In this document: positions 1 to 12,047 of the stretch, one piece after another | Layout: each line of letters starts with the position of its first letter | Numbering within the stretch: position 1 is the stretch's first letter | Source: Eledone cirrhosa | Taxonomy: Eukaryota | Direction: 5' to 3' | Length of the DNA: 64,000 nucleotides | NCBI GenBank assembly: GCA_964016885.1 | Contig: OZ024743.1 | Coordinates: 312,604,001-312,668,000 of the forward strand | The notes under the pieces: model-generated | The model's input: the letters and a program-made list of their open reading frames with translations, nothing else | Told to the model about the DNA's origin: nothing | Database searches by the model: none | Translations under genes and position numbers: made by a program

Positions 1-3000
1 TTCACCCTGTTTAGCTGCTATTTCTAGCACACCCATAGACCAGCATGAGGTTTTCCTTATTTAGCTGCTATTTCTAGCGCACTTATGGACCAGGATGAGG
101 TTTTCAGATTTAGTCACTATTTCTAACACTCCTGTGGACCACTATGAGGTTCCCTCTATTGAGCTGTTATTTCTAGCACACCAGTGGAAGACAATGCGGT
201 TCCCTTATTTAGCTGCTATTTTACCACACCTTTCGACCACGATGAGGTTCCCACTGTTTAGCTGATCTAGCTGTTATTTCTAGCACACGTTTGGACCACC
301 ACTATGTTCCCCCGTTTATTTGCTATTTCTACCACACCTATGGATCACCGTGAGATTTCCCCCAATTTTATTGCTATTTCTTGAACACCTATGGACCACT
401 ATGAGGTTCAACTTATTTAGCTCAAGTTGCTGCTATTTCTAGCACATGTTTGGACCACCACAAGATTCCCCCTATGAAACTGCTATTTCTAGCACTTCTA
501 TGAACAATGATGAGTTTTTCCCTGTTTAACTACTATTTCTAGCACACGTTCACCATGAGGTTACGCCTGTTTAGGTAATGTAGCTGCTAATTCTAGCACA
601 CCTATTGCCACCATGAAGTTTCCTCTATTTATCCCTCTATTTCTAGCACTACTAAGGACCACCATAACGTTCAAACTATTTAACTGTTATTTCTAGCACT
701 CATATAGACCACCATGTAGTTCCCCTATTTAGCTGCAATTTTTAGCATTTCTATGCAGCGTCATGAGGTTCCATCTATTTAGCTGTTATTTCTAACTCAC
801 CTATGGACCACTATGAGGTTCTCCCTGTTTAGCTGACGTAGCTGCTATTTCTAGCACACTTATGGGTCACCATGATGCGTCTCAGTTTATCTGATGTAGA
901 TGCTATTTCTATCACAGCTATGGACCACCATAGCTGCTATTTCTAGCACACTACGTCAGCTAAACAGGGAGAACCAGTTTAGCTTATGTAGATGCTATAT
1001 CTACCACACCTATGGAATACCATGATGGACCACCATAAGGTCCCCCCTATTTAGCTGTAATTTTTAGCATTTCTATGCAGCGCCATGAGGTTCCTTCTAT
1101 TTAGCTGTTATTTCTCACTCACCTATGAACCACCATGAGGTTCTCCCTGTTTAGCTGGCGTAGCTGCTATTTCTAGCACACCTTTGAACCACCATAAGGT
1201 TCCTCTTAATTAGCTGCTATTTCTAGCATTCCTATGGACACCCATGAGGTCCCCCCTGTTTAGCTGATTTAGCTGCTATTTCTAGCACACTTATGGACCA
1301 CCATGAGGTTGTCACTGTTTAGCTGATGTTGCTGCTATATCTAGCACAGCTATGACCCAATATGAACTTCCCCCTATTTAGTTGCTATTTCTAGCACACC
1401 TAAAAAAAGCAGCTAAATACGTGGAAACCCATGGTGGTGTGCTAGAAATAGCTGATAAAAAGGGGACCACATAGTGGGTCATAGTTGTGCTAGAAATAGC
1501 AGCTACATTAGCTAAACAGGATAATCTTATAGTGGTCCGTAGGTGTACTAGATATAGCAGCTAAATAAAGGGAACCACATAATGGTCCATAGGTGGGCCT
1601 GAAATAGTAGCTACATCAGCTAAACAGTTGAAACCTCATGGTGGCTCATAGGTGTGCGAGAAGTAACAGCTAAATAAGAGAAACTCATGGGGGTCCATAT
1701 GTGTGCTAGAAAAAACAGCTAAATAGGAGAAACCTCATGGTGGTCCATGGAGTGCTAGGAATAGCAGCTAAATATGGGGAACCTTATGGTGGCCTATAGT
1801 TATGCTAGAAATTACAGCTACAGAAGATAAACAGGGAAACCACAGGGTGGTACATAGGAGTGCTAAAAATAGCAGCTAAATTGAGGGAACCTCATGGTGG
1901 TCCATAGGAATGATTTAAAAAGCAGCTAAATAGGGGAAAACCTCATGGTGGTTCATAAGTGTGCTAAAAATAGCAGCTAGATCAGCTAAACAGGGGGAAC
2001 CTCATCGTAGTACATAAGAGTGCTACAAATAGCAGCAAGGGGAACATCATGGTGGTGTTAGGAATAGCAACTATATCAACTAAACAGGGGAAACAACAAT
2101 GTTGTCCTTAGGTCTGCGTGAAATAGTAGCTAAAAAGGGGATCCCCATGGCGGTGGAACCATATAAAGGTCCATAAGAGGCTAGAAATAGGAGCTAAATA
2201 GGAAAAACCTCATGGTATTCTATGGGTGTGCTAGAGATAGTAGCTAAATATTGGGAATCTCATGGTGGACCATAGGAGTGCTAGAAATAACAGCTAAATG
2301 GGTTGAACCTGGTGGTCCATAGTAGGGCTAGGAATAGCAGCTAAATACAGGAAACTTCACGGAGGTCCATAGGTATGCTAAAGTAGCAGCTACATCTTTT
2401 AAACATTTAGTTGATATTTCTAGCACACTTATGGACTACCATAATGTTTCCTATTTAGCTGCTATTTCTAGCACACCTATGGAACACAATGAGGTTCCTC
2501 TATTTAGGTGCTATTCATTACACACATATTGATCAATATGAGGATTCCTCTATTTAGCTGCTATTTCTAGTACATATTTGGAGCACCGTGTGGTGCCCCC
2601 CATTTAGCTGCTATTTCTAGCACACCTATGGACAACCATGGAGTTACCTTTTTAGCTGTTATTTCTAGCTCCCCCTATGGACCACCATGAGGTTCCCTTA
2701 TTTCGCAGCTATTTCTAACAATCCTATGGACTACCATAATGTTCACCTTGTTTAGCTGCTATTTCTAGCACACCCATTGACTACCATGAGGTTTTTCCTA
2801 TTTAGCTGCTATTTCTAGCGCACCTATGGACCACAACGATGTTTTCCGATTCTGTTGCTATTTCTAGCACTCCTGTGAACCACAATGAGTTTCCCTCTAT
2901 TTAGCTGTTATTCTAGAACTCCTATGGACCACCATGAGTTTGCCCCTATTTTACTGCTATTTCTAGCATACCTATGGACCACCATGTTGTTCTCCCAATT

Positions 3001-3711
3001 TACCTCCCTTTTCTAACACATCTTTGGATTACTATGAGGTTCTCCATATTTTGCTGCTATTTCTAGCGCTTCTATGGACCACCATGAGTTTCCTCTTTTT
3101 TAGCTGCTATTTCTAACACACCTATGAACCACCATGTGGTTCCCCCGTTTAAAAGATGTAACTGCTATTTTAGCACACCTATGAAGTTTCCTCTATTTAG
3201 CTGTTATTTCTAGCACTCCTATAGTCCACCATGAGGTTCCCAATATTTAGCTGCTATTTCTAGCACACTCATAGAATGCCATGAAGTTTTTCCTATTTCT
3301 AACACTCTTATGGAGCTTTATATGGTTCCACCTTTTTAGCTGCTATTTTTAGCACTCCTATTTACCACCCTGTGATTTGTCTGTTTAGCTTCTGTAGCTA
3401 TTTCTAGCACATTTAAGGACCACCATGAGGTTCCCCCTGTTTAGCTAAGGTAGCTGCTATTTCTAGCACAGCTATAGGCCACCATGAGTTTCCACTATTT
3501 AGCTGCTATTTCTAGTACTCCTATGGACTACCATGAGGTTTCTCCTATTTGGCTGCTATTTCTAGCACTCCTATGGACTCCTATGAGGTTCCCCTTATTT
3601 AGCTGTTATTTCTAGTACACCTATGGGCCACCATGAGGTTTCTACAGTTTAGCTGATGTAGCTGCTATTTCTAGCACACGTTTGGTTCCCCTATTTATTT
3701 GCTATTTCTAG
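1..3711. repeat. Degenerate ~50-60 bp satellite (consensus approx. TTTAGCTGCTATTTCTAGCACACCTATGGACCACCATGAGGTTCCCCTA); block ~1403-2396 inverted
   Basis: Core TTTAGCTGCTATTTCTAGCAC recurs every ~50 bp (~60 bp when GCTGATGTA is included). The reverse complement GTGCTAGAAATAGCAGCTAAA is used between ~1403 and ~2396. The array runs off the window start. Confidence 0.95.
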
Positions 3712-3799
3712 GAAAAATTCATATGTAGTAGATGTTCAGGGAAAACTTTTTGTAGAAGTGTCAGTGATCGGTACATTTTTCAAATGCAGGTAGGATCTA

Positions 3800-4400
3800 T
3801 AGAGTGGTTGATAGCTTCCGATATCTAGATGATCAAATTAGCAAGGGAAGGGGATGCCATAATATCTAGAATAAGGACAGGATGGAAGAAGTTTAGGGAG
3901 CTGCTTCCTCTTCTGACAATGAAGGGTCTCTCTCTGCGAACGAAGAGTTGGTTGTATGATGCCTGTGTGAGATGCACGATGTTGCATGGTAGTGAGACAT
4001 GGACAGCAACTGCAGAGGATATGTGAAAGCTGGAGTGAAATGAAGCAAGCATGCTCCAATGGATGTGCAATGTCAATGTGCATGAATGACCAAGCATGGA
4101 CGAGATGAGAGTGAAAACCTATAAGAGGAATACACTGTAGTGTGCAAGACAGAAGACTGCATTGGTATGGCCATGTGAATCACATGGAAGGTGAACACTG
4201 GGTGAAGAAATGCCAAGAAATCCCAGTGGAGGAAGACCACAAAAAACATGGGCGGAGGTGGTGAGAGCTGACCTCAAATCGCTGAAGCTCACAGAAGAGA
4301 CGATAAAGGACCACGACAAATGGAGAGATGCTGTGCTGAAGAGGACCCGTCCCACCCTTGTTAACAGGGAAAAGCGGACATAAAATGATGCCGATGATGA
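3800..4400 (+). mobile_element. 3' fragment of a degenerate RTE-clade LINE with (ATG)n tail
   Basis: ORF 3829-4026 reads RIRTGWKKFRELLPLL...LYDACVRCTMLHGSETW, typical of the RTE post-RT region. Downstream RLHWYGHV and GRPQKTW motifs. Ends GGGAAAAGCGGACATAAAATGATG. Confidence 0.85.
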
Positions 4401-4427
4401 TATATGTGTGTGTATGTATATATGTAT

Positions 4428-5766
4428 ACAAATTGAAACTTGGCGCGCACCAGACGATGATCAGTCCAACATTCCGCGCCTCGCAATACACGAACCAATG
4501 TGATATCCATGATATCACGTTTTCTCGTTAAAACGAAGTCAATAAGGTGCCACTTCTTGGAACCTGGATGCATTCAAGTTGTCTTATATTTGTCTTTCTG
4601 CTGAAAGAGCGTGTTCCCAACAACAAGATCCATCTCAGTGCACATCTGCAACAGAAATAGGCCATTGTTATTGCACTTACCTACTCCATGCCTGCCCATC
4701 ACACTCCAAGCTTCCCAGTCATTACCAACACGTGCATTAAAATCACCAAGGATGACAATCTTGTCTGCATAAGGTATACCATGGATGACCTCTCTCAAAA
4801 ACATGTAGAAACTTAGTTTTTCATCATCACTAGCACACATAGTAGGAGCGTACACAGTGACCAGAGTCACAAAGTGGTTTTGAATCAGAGGGACTCTCAT
4901 GGACATTATCCGATCATTGAATCCACAAGGAAGATTTTCCAGCTTTGAGACGATTCCATTCCTGACTGCAAATGCGACCCCTGCCTCTCTCCACCACTCC
5001 AATAGAAGGTATATCCTCCCTTCTGTTCTGTGAATTGACCCTCACCTGCCAATCTCGTTTCTGAAAGAGCAACGATATCCATGCTATAGCGATTGAGTTC
5101 CCTCGACACCAAAGCAGATCTTCTTTCAGGGTGAGTTTTACTGGACTGGGAATCCAGTAAAGTTCTCACATTCCAACATCCAATATTCAGAGGTTTGAGC
5201 CTCCTTGCAGTTGTAGGATGACGACCGGGCCAACGCTGCGGTGCCATGGGACACCTGCCAGGCCAGACCCTTTCACAATAAGTTCCAGAGCCCTTACTGC
5301 CATTGACCTCAAGGTTATCATCTGTCATCATAGAGTTTGGTGCACTTTTAGGCTACAGCCAGCCACACAAACCTGTAACAGATCCTGAACAAGCGATGGC
5401 TGTGCTTTGAAGGTTTTTTTAAGTTGGGAAAGGCCTTGCACGCGACCAATCCCACTCTCTGATCATCGAAAACACTACCCAAAAAGGAGAACTGGTCAAC
5501 ATCATCGGATGCTTCCAAAACCGCAGGTTTTTTTTTAGTTTCCCTCTCCTAGAAAAAAAAAAAGTACTATTTGGACGGCCGTTGACTCTGCTGAGTTCCT
5601 CCACCCTTTGCCAGGTTTTGTATTTCATCCCGCAGGGTGTCCAAATATCACCCTCCTCACCAAGCAAGCTTGGTGGGGTTGCCGATTTGGTCGCCGACGA
5701 CCCGACCATGAGACAGGTAGTACTGGGTTACATGTTACCATTAGCACTCGAGAGCAACCTGACACG
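4428..5766 (-). mobile_element. Inverted 5' part (5'UTR + APE endonuclease domain) of an RTE LINE
   Basis: Minus-strand ORFs carry APE motifs LNIGCWNVRTL, DIVALSETR, VYAPT, GDFNARVG, WHLIDFV, TDHRLV, broken by a frameshift and a stop. The RTE-type 5'UTR lies at ~5330-5766. Confidence 0.93.
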
Positions 5767-8359
5767 TGTTGTGAAGCCCAAAGTAAGGAGGAAGAAGGTT
5801 GCACTTCCAAAACAACTAAACTTGGCTCGTCTGAAAACAGAGAAAGTCAGAGCTGAGCTGTCGCGGTAACCTTGAGTCCATCGAATGTGAAAACACTTGG
5901 GATCATTGAAGAAAACCGTCTATGATGTTAGTGCTGGAGTTTTGGGTCATACCAATAGAAAGCATAAAGACTGGTTCGATGAAAATGATCCAGTGATCCA
6001 GACCTTGCTTGAAGAGAAACAAAAAGTGCTGACATCATTGTTGTGTGAGACATGTTCTGACAGGAGTGACCGGACCCTAAGGCAGATCAAGGCACGTGTG
6101 CAACATCGATTGAGAGCCATGCAGGATACCTGGTGGAGCCAAAAGGCTAATGAAATCCAGAAGGCCTCAGATAGGCATGATACAAAGCTCCTATACAGTC
6201 TGCTCAGGGAGGTGTCTGGTCCGACCGGTTCACGAATATCACCACTTCGCTTCGGGGACGGCAATGAATTGCTCAGAGATCCGAAGAAAATCCTGATCAG
6301 GTAGCATGACCACTTTGATGAGCTTCTCAACAGACCATCAGAAATTGATGATGAGTTCATCCGGTCGATTCCATCCAGACCTACAAAGCTGGCAATGGCT
6401 GATCCTCCTTGATTTGATGAGGTGGCGAAGGCCAATGCCAAATTAAACAGCGGCAAGTCACCTGGAATGGATGGACTGAGTGCCGAGATTTTCAAGTGTG
6501 CTGGTGATAACTTCTTAAACCGCCCCACTGATCTCTTTGTGAATGTTTGGAATGAAGATGTGCCACAGGATTGGAATGATGCATTGATGGTGGTACTTTA
6601 CAAAGGAAAGGGAGCCAAAGATGACTGTGGCAACTACAGAGGTATCTCACTGCTATCTGTGGCTGGGAAGATCTTGTCCAGGATATTGTTGGACAGATTG
6701 ATACAGCACATTGCTGTTGAGGTACTTCCTGAGTCCCAATGTGGCTTTAGGAATGGCAGAGGCACTGTTGACATGATCTTCTCGGCCAGACAACTTCAAG
6801 AGAAATGCATTGAGCTGCGCTGGACTTATACCAACTTTTTGTCGATCTGACCAAGGCATTTGACACCGTTAATTGGAAGGCTTTGTGGGTTATTTTGGAG
6901 AGACTGGGCTGTCCTGAAAAGTTTGTGAACATTCTGAAACTCTTCCACGATGACATGCAGGCATGGGTGAATGTTGGAGGTAAACTGTCTGAGCCAATCT
7001 CGGTGGAAAATGGTATCAAGCAGGGTGATATACCTGCACCAACTTTGTTTGTCTTGTATTTCGCGATGGTATTCTTCATGGTCTTCAAGGATTGTCAACA
7101 CGGTATCTATCTCAGATATCGCACTTCCGGCAAGCTGTTTAACCTTAGGCGTCTCACTGCCAACACTAAGGTACTGAGTACCTTGATCAGAGAATTTTTA
7201 TATGCAGATGATTGTGATCTCTTTGCACACTCCCAGAGTGACATGTAACACCTTATGGATTCTTTTTCCAATGCGTGCAGTGCTTTGGGACTGACAATCA
7301 GTCTGAAGAAGACTGTCGTCATGTACCAACCTGCTCCGGATAAAGTTTTCAATGAACCCTCCATACACGTATACGGTCAAAAGCTGAAGGCTGCTGACAC
7401 ATTTGTGTATTTGGGGAGTACTCTGAGCGTGACCTGCTCTCTGGATGCAGAAGTTGGTCTACGTGTTAGTAAGGCAAGTGAGTCGTTTGGAAGGCTCAAC
7501 GACCGTCTTTGGTACAGGCGAGGAATTGCAATGAGGACCAAGGTGAGAGTGCATGCTGCATGTGTACTGTCAGCTTTGCTGTATGCATGTGAGACATGGG
7601 TTGCCTACAAACGGCATGTCCACAGACTGGAACGGTTTCACCAGCAGTGTCTCAGAAAGGTGCTTGGTATCAAGTGGCAGATGCATGTGAATGGTGTTGA
7701 GGTCCTTGAGAGAAGTGAGTGTCGGAGTATTGAGAGTATCATCCACCAACGGCATTTGCGATGGACCGGACACCTCTGCAGAATGGATGATGATAGAATC
7801 CCGAAACAATTCTTGTATGGCGAGCTTTGTGAGGGTAAGAGACAACCTCACAAACCAAAGCTCTGATTCAAGGATTGTGTAAAGGACTCATTGAAAAAAA
7901 CTGGTTTGATGATGGATGACCGGGAGATAGAAACTCTTGAAAGAGAGACTTGGCGTGGAATGGTGAATGATGGGGTCCCTAATTTTGAGGATAGACGCAT
8001 AGAGCACGAGAAGATAAAAAAGATGTGCGTAAGCGATGCCCTGGTGTATCTCTCGAAACGATCGGTGTCTCCATTGAATTGAAGTGCCCTGAGTGTGGAA
8101 AAATTTGCTTAAGCAAATCTGGTCTCAGGAGCCACAGTCGCAGCCATGTTCAAAGAGAACCAGTGAACTATGATCTCTACGGTGTTGTGAGGGTTCACGG
8201 GCAACCTGATACGGGAGCTCAAGCCAGGGAGATCCATAGTTGTCGTCAGTGTGCGAAGGAGTGCAATTCTCTAGCAGGCTTGAAAAGCCATATCCGAGCG
8301 TCCCACATCTGAATCTGACAAGCGATTGCAATACTCTTGGCAGAGTTTGCAGCCATCAT
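5767..8359 (+). mobile_element. 3' part (RT + C-terminal C2H2 fingers) of the same RTE LINE, pseudogenised
   Basis: RT motifs KSPGMDG, NYRGISLLSVAGKI, PESQCGFR, DLTKAFDTV, GIKQGD, LYADD, YLGS, LLYACETW, RWTGHL, interrupted by stops and frameshifts. Ends GCAGCCATCA followed by (TA)n. Confidence 0.95.
8083..8312 (+). other. Two C2H2 zinc fingers at the RTE ORF C-terminus
   Basis: CPECGKICLSKSGLRSHSRSH and CRQCAKECNSLAGLKSHIRASH in ORF 8025-8312. Confidence 0.85.
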
Positions 8360-9741
8360 ATATATATATGGAGCTATGCAGATGATTACATGCGCACAAT
8401 GGATATCGCACCTACAAGGTCACCTGTATTGTTCATCTTGCTGTATGTGTGTAAAGTATCCGTGTGTGGGATATCCCTGAGTAAATTTGCTTGACTGTTA
8501 ATTGTTTATTGATTGTTTGTTAATTAGGCAGGAATATATTATTATATCTTTGTTAATCCTATATTAATAATTTTTTGATAATACATTATTAGATTACTGA
8601 AGCTATTTAATACCTTCTTAAAAATACATTTTATAATTATTGTCTTTTTGCTTATATATTTTCTTACTTATCATTTTCTTTAATCTTCGAGCCCAACTTG
8701 ATAAGCTCTTTGAATTGCTCCTTAATTAGATTACTTAAATTACTTTATTTATTATACCTAAGTTGTTGTATCTGTTGAAGCAACCCTTTGGAAATTCCAC
8801 GGATCTCCCAAATCCCGTAATTTTTAATTTGTAATTTTCCTCAATTCATTTATATATATTTTTAAAGGTTCCCTAAAATTTTAATTCTTTGAAGGGTCTT
8901 TCGGAAGAGGTTTTTATAAAAAATATTAAAGGGGCCTTTTCTGGGGGATTTTTTGAAGGCTTTTTGAATTAACCTTTAATTGATTAATTTCTTTCAACTA
9001 TTTATTTCTTAATTTTTAAAATTAAATTTAATGTTCAACCTCTTAATCTTTAATTTTTAATCTTGGATATATATAAGATTGCTTAATCTTAAATTCATTA
9101 AATTTTTTAATTTCTGGGTTTGGAACTCTTAAACTTCAAATCCTAACTTAAATCTTAATCTTTATATTATGGATTCCCTAAATCATTAACTTTATTAACC
9201 TCTTAAATCTTATTGAAAGTTTTTTTCCCTAATTTTTAATTTTTAATTTTTAATTTTTAATTTTTAATTTTGAGTTTAGAACTTTCGTAGGGATTATTAA
9301 ATCTTCGTAAATTTCTTAAATTTTTTAAGGGAATTTCTTAGAAAAATTTTTTTTGAAGGAATTTTTTAGGAAACTTTTTATTTTTTTATTCTCTTAATCT
9401 CTTCTGGTTTTTTAGGTTTATTGGGGCTTATAAGCTTTATGCGCTTATTGAGGGATTTTTTAAGGTGCTTTTAAGAGATCCCAAGTCTTTTACTTTTAGT
9501 GCGTAACTTATAAATTCTTTAATTTTTGAACCTTCAATCCCTAACTTTTAGGCCCTTTTCAAATTCTCTTAATTCCCTATAACCCATCCCTTTTACAACC
9601 CCTACAACTAATATAAAAGAGCCCCCTTAGAATATAGACCTCAAATATACAAGCTGAGCTGTTGATGTATACCACGATTTCAAACTACTAATCTTGAGTG
9701 AAACGTTGATGAAAATAATGAACTTAAAATTACCTATTATA

Positions 9742-9788
9742 TGCCTTGAAAAGTCCCACCATATGGTCGGACGAAACGGCTGTCGGCA
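9742..9788 (+). ncRNA. Minimal type-I hammerhead ribozyme motif, U3-A8 variant
   Basis: tgcc-TTGAAAA-gtcc c acca ta tggt c ggac-GAAA-cggctg-TC-ggca; all three stems pair. Confidence 0.75.
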
Positions 9789-9941
9789 ATAAACTTGTTA
9801 TAATGTCATAAAAGTTCCTTTGTTCTTTTTCCCTAATATTTCTGCTCTGCTTATACGCATAGAGCTTAACTAGCTACCGTAGCATATTTGGTAGGTCAGG
9901 CGTGATCATCGAGATTTACGTACGACCTACCATACATCTTG

Positions 9942-10014
<73 letters not shown>

Positions 10015-10147
10015 GTATACATATATATATATATATATGTGTGTGTATAAATATGTATATGTATATATATGTGTATATATATATGTCCCAAGGCTCTGAT
10101 ACCATCAACACTATACACACAGAGCTGGCATATCTAAGAACTGACTA

Positions 10148-10203
10148 ACTGCCTGATGAGGTCATAGCCATTCAATGGCTATCATCGAAATATATATAGC
10201 AGT
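10148..10203 (+). ncRNA. Minimal type-I hammerhead ribozyme motif, canonical core
   Basis: actgc-CTGATGA-ggtc atagccat tca atggctat catc-GAAA-tatata-TA-gcagt. Confidence 0.85.
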
Positions 10204-10244
10204 AAATAAAGGATTATGAGTTCATGCAATTGACTTATGTTTCG

Positions 10245-10276
<32 letters not shown>

Positions 10277-10410
10277 AGCAGAAGGGATATTTAATTTGTT
10301 GGTAATTCAACAAATATAAATGTTTATAACTGATTCAGAGCACTCGATAGATTTATGGAGTAAATATTCAATATTAAAGAAATGGAAACTATATTTATAA
10401 AACCATATTT

Positions 10411-10470
10411 ATTCTATTATATATATTTCAAGGGTACCAAAAACTTTGGTACGCTTTCATCAGATAAAAT
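10411..10470 (-). ncRNA. Minimal type-I hammerhead ribozyme motif, canonical core
   Basis: Minus strand: attttat-CTGATGA-aag c gtaccaaa gtt tttggtac c ctt-GAAA-tatata-TA-atagaat. Confidence 0.85.
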
Positions 10471-10648
10471 ATAAAGTGTGTTTTATAAATTTTGACATAG
10501 CCAAGGAACATAGGAAAATTCAACTGATAAAGTATGTTCCTTGGCTATATTCCGTTTTAATCATTTTCTAACCCAGAAAAAAGAGAGAAATAAATAAAAA
10601 GGGAAAAAAAAATTTTTTTCTTTCTAATAATCGTCTTTTTCTCCCTGT

Positions 10649-10709
<61 letters not shown>

Positions 10710-10714
10710 TATAT

Positions 10715-10848
10715 AGTGGTAGAACACTCAGTCCATGGGACGAGTTAGGTAGAAGTGGTTACACAACAGTTAGTTCACCATACCGAGAACAATTGTTTCA
10801 CCTTAGCGGACCCTCAGCTCGTAATGGACATGGTTATAACCATGTCCA

Positions 10849-10887
<39 letters not shown>

Positions 10888-11053
10888 GTAGAACACTGGA
10901 AGGTAATATCCGTAGTGGTAGAGCACTCAGTCTATGAGACGAGTTAGGTAGAAGTGGTTACACAACAGTTAGTTCACCATACGAGCTGAGGATCCGCTAA
11001 GGTGAAACAATTGTTCTCGTTATGGTGAACTAACTGTTGTGGAACCACTTCTA
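10715..11053. mobile_element. Two related short fold-back PLE-like insertions carrying a hammerhead motif (10981-11020 on +, mutated copy 10785-10822 on -)
   Basis: acgag-CTGAGGA-t cc gctaa gg t-GAAA-caattg-TT-ctcgt lies between inverted arms tagaagtggtt...gttcaccata / tatggtgaac...aaccacttcta. Flanked by (TA)n. Confidence 0.75.
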
Positions 11054-11224
11054 TATATATATATATAATATATATATATATATATTAGAAAGTGAGGTTT
11101 TCTTTTACAAAATGAAAAATAACCGAGGTGTCCTACACGAGTGAAAGTATAAAGAAAAAAAGATGAAATCGAAAATGCAACTGGAGTCTTATTTAAAAAA
11201 AAAATATATATATTTATTTGGTTC

Positions 11225-11260
11225 CTTTACCGGTTTCGCAGTTCTTCTGCTTTTCAAAAG
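11225..11260 (-). ncRNA. Minimal hammerhead motif, U3-A8 variant, in a probable PLE 3' remnant (~11090-11780)
   Basis: Minus strand: ctt-TTGAAAA-gcag aagaa ctgc-GAAA-ccgg-TA-aag. Confidence 0.65.
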
Positions 11261-11855
11261 TAGAGTTGAGATGGAGGGTCTGTGGTTTTTCTCACATCTG
11301 GTTGGTCTCTGAATGTTACTTGTTTTATATGGAAAAAGTGGCTCGAAATGCCAGGTTTTTCGAGAAGTAATTTGATTGGCTGGTCAATAATTATAATAAA
11401 TTTCGCGCCAGTTCGCGTTACAAAGTTCTTCAAACAAGGGGGGGGGGGGGGTTGTCACAGGTTGTTTTTTCATATATGAGTGTTTGAATTTCTTTTTACT
11501 TAAAAAAGGGAGGGGGGCTCACGAAGGCTTTTTTTTAATAAACGTAATTTGATTGGTTATAAATGAAATTATGGCTGTCACGTGAACAAGTTTTCATTAA
11601 ATTTTCGCGCCCTTATTTGGAAATCCATTCTGTAGCCTTTTTAGAGAATTTTATGACAAGTAAAAGATAATGGTCAAGAGAAATTGGATGGGAGAATTAT
11701 TCTGGTTCAGTGAATATGGTTAGTTCGCTGGGGTGTCAAAATTCAAATTTTCTATTGAATAAAGAAAGTAAAGATATGTATGTTTATTTGTGTGCTTGTG
11801 TGTGTGTGTGTTGTGTGTGTGTGTGTTTGAATTTCTTTTTACTTAATGTATATAT

Positions 11856-12047
11856 ATATAAACGTTTGTAGTTGTAAGGCCAAAACAATGCAGATATGGA
11901 TATAGAATATAAATGCAAATGCAAAAGATATTGTTGACAATTAGTCTTTTACCTTAAATTTATTTAAAATCCTTAATTTTCGAGATAATATCTCTTCTTC
12001 AGAGGGAAGTAAAGTGGTTAATCCAGCGTTCTAAATAGCTTGACAAG
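11856..12047 (-). mobile_element. Solo pseudo-LTR fragment of the 13-15 kb PLE family with intact hammerhead core (11971-12005)
   Basis: Near-identical to ~12918-13108. Minus strand reads cct-CTGAAGA-a gagat att atctc-GAAA-at-TA-agg. Confidence 0.8.

Noticed and set aside
1-3711. CRISPR-like appearance of a conserved core with variable intervals
   Set aside because: The intervals are homologous to each other, the context is eukaryotic and no cas genes are present; it is a satellite.
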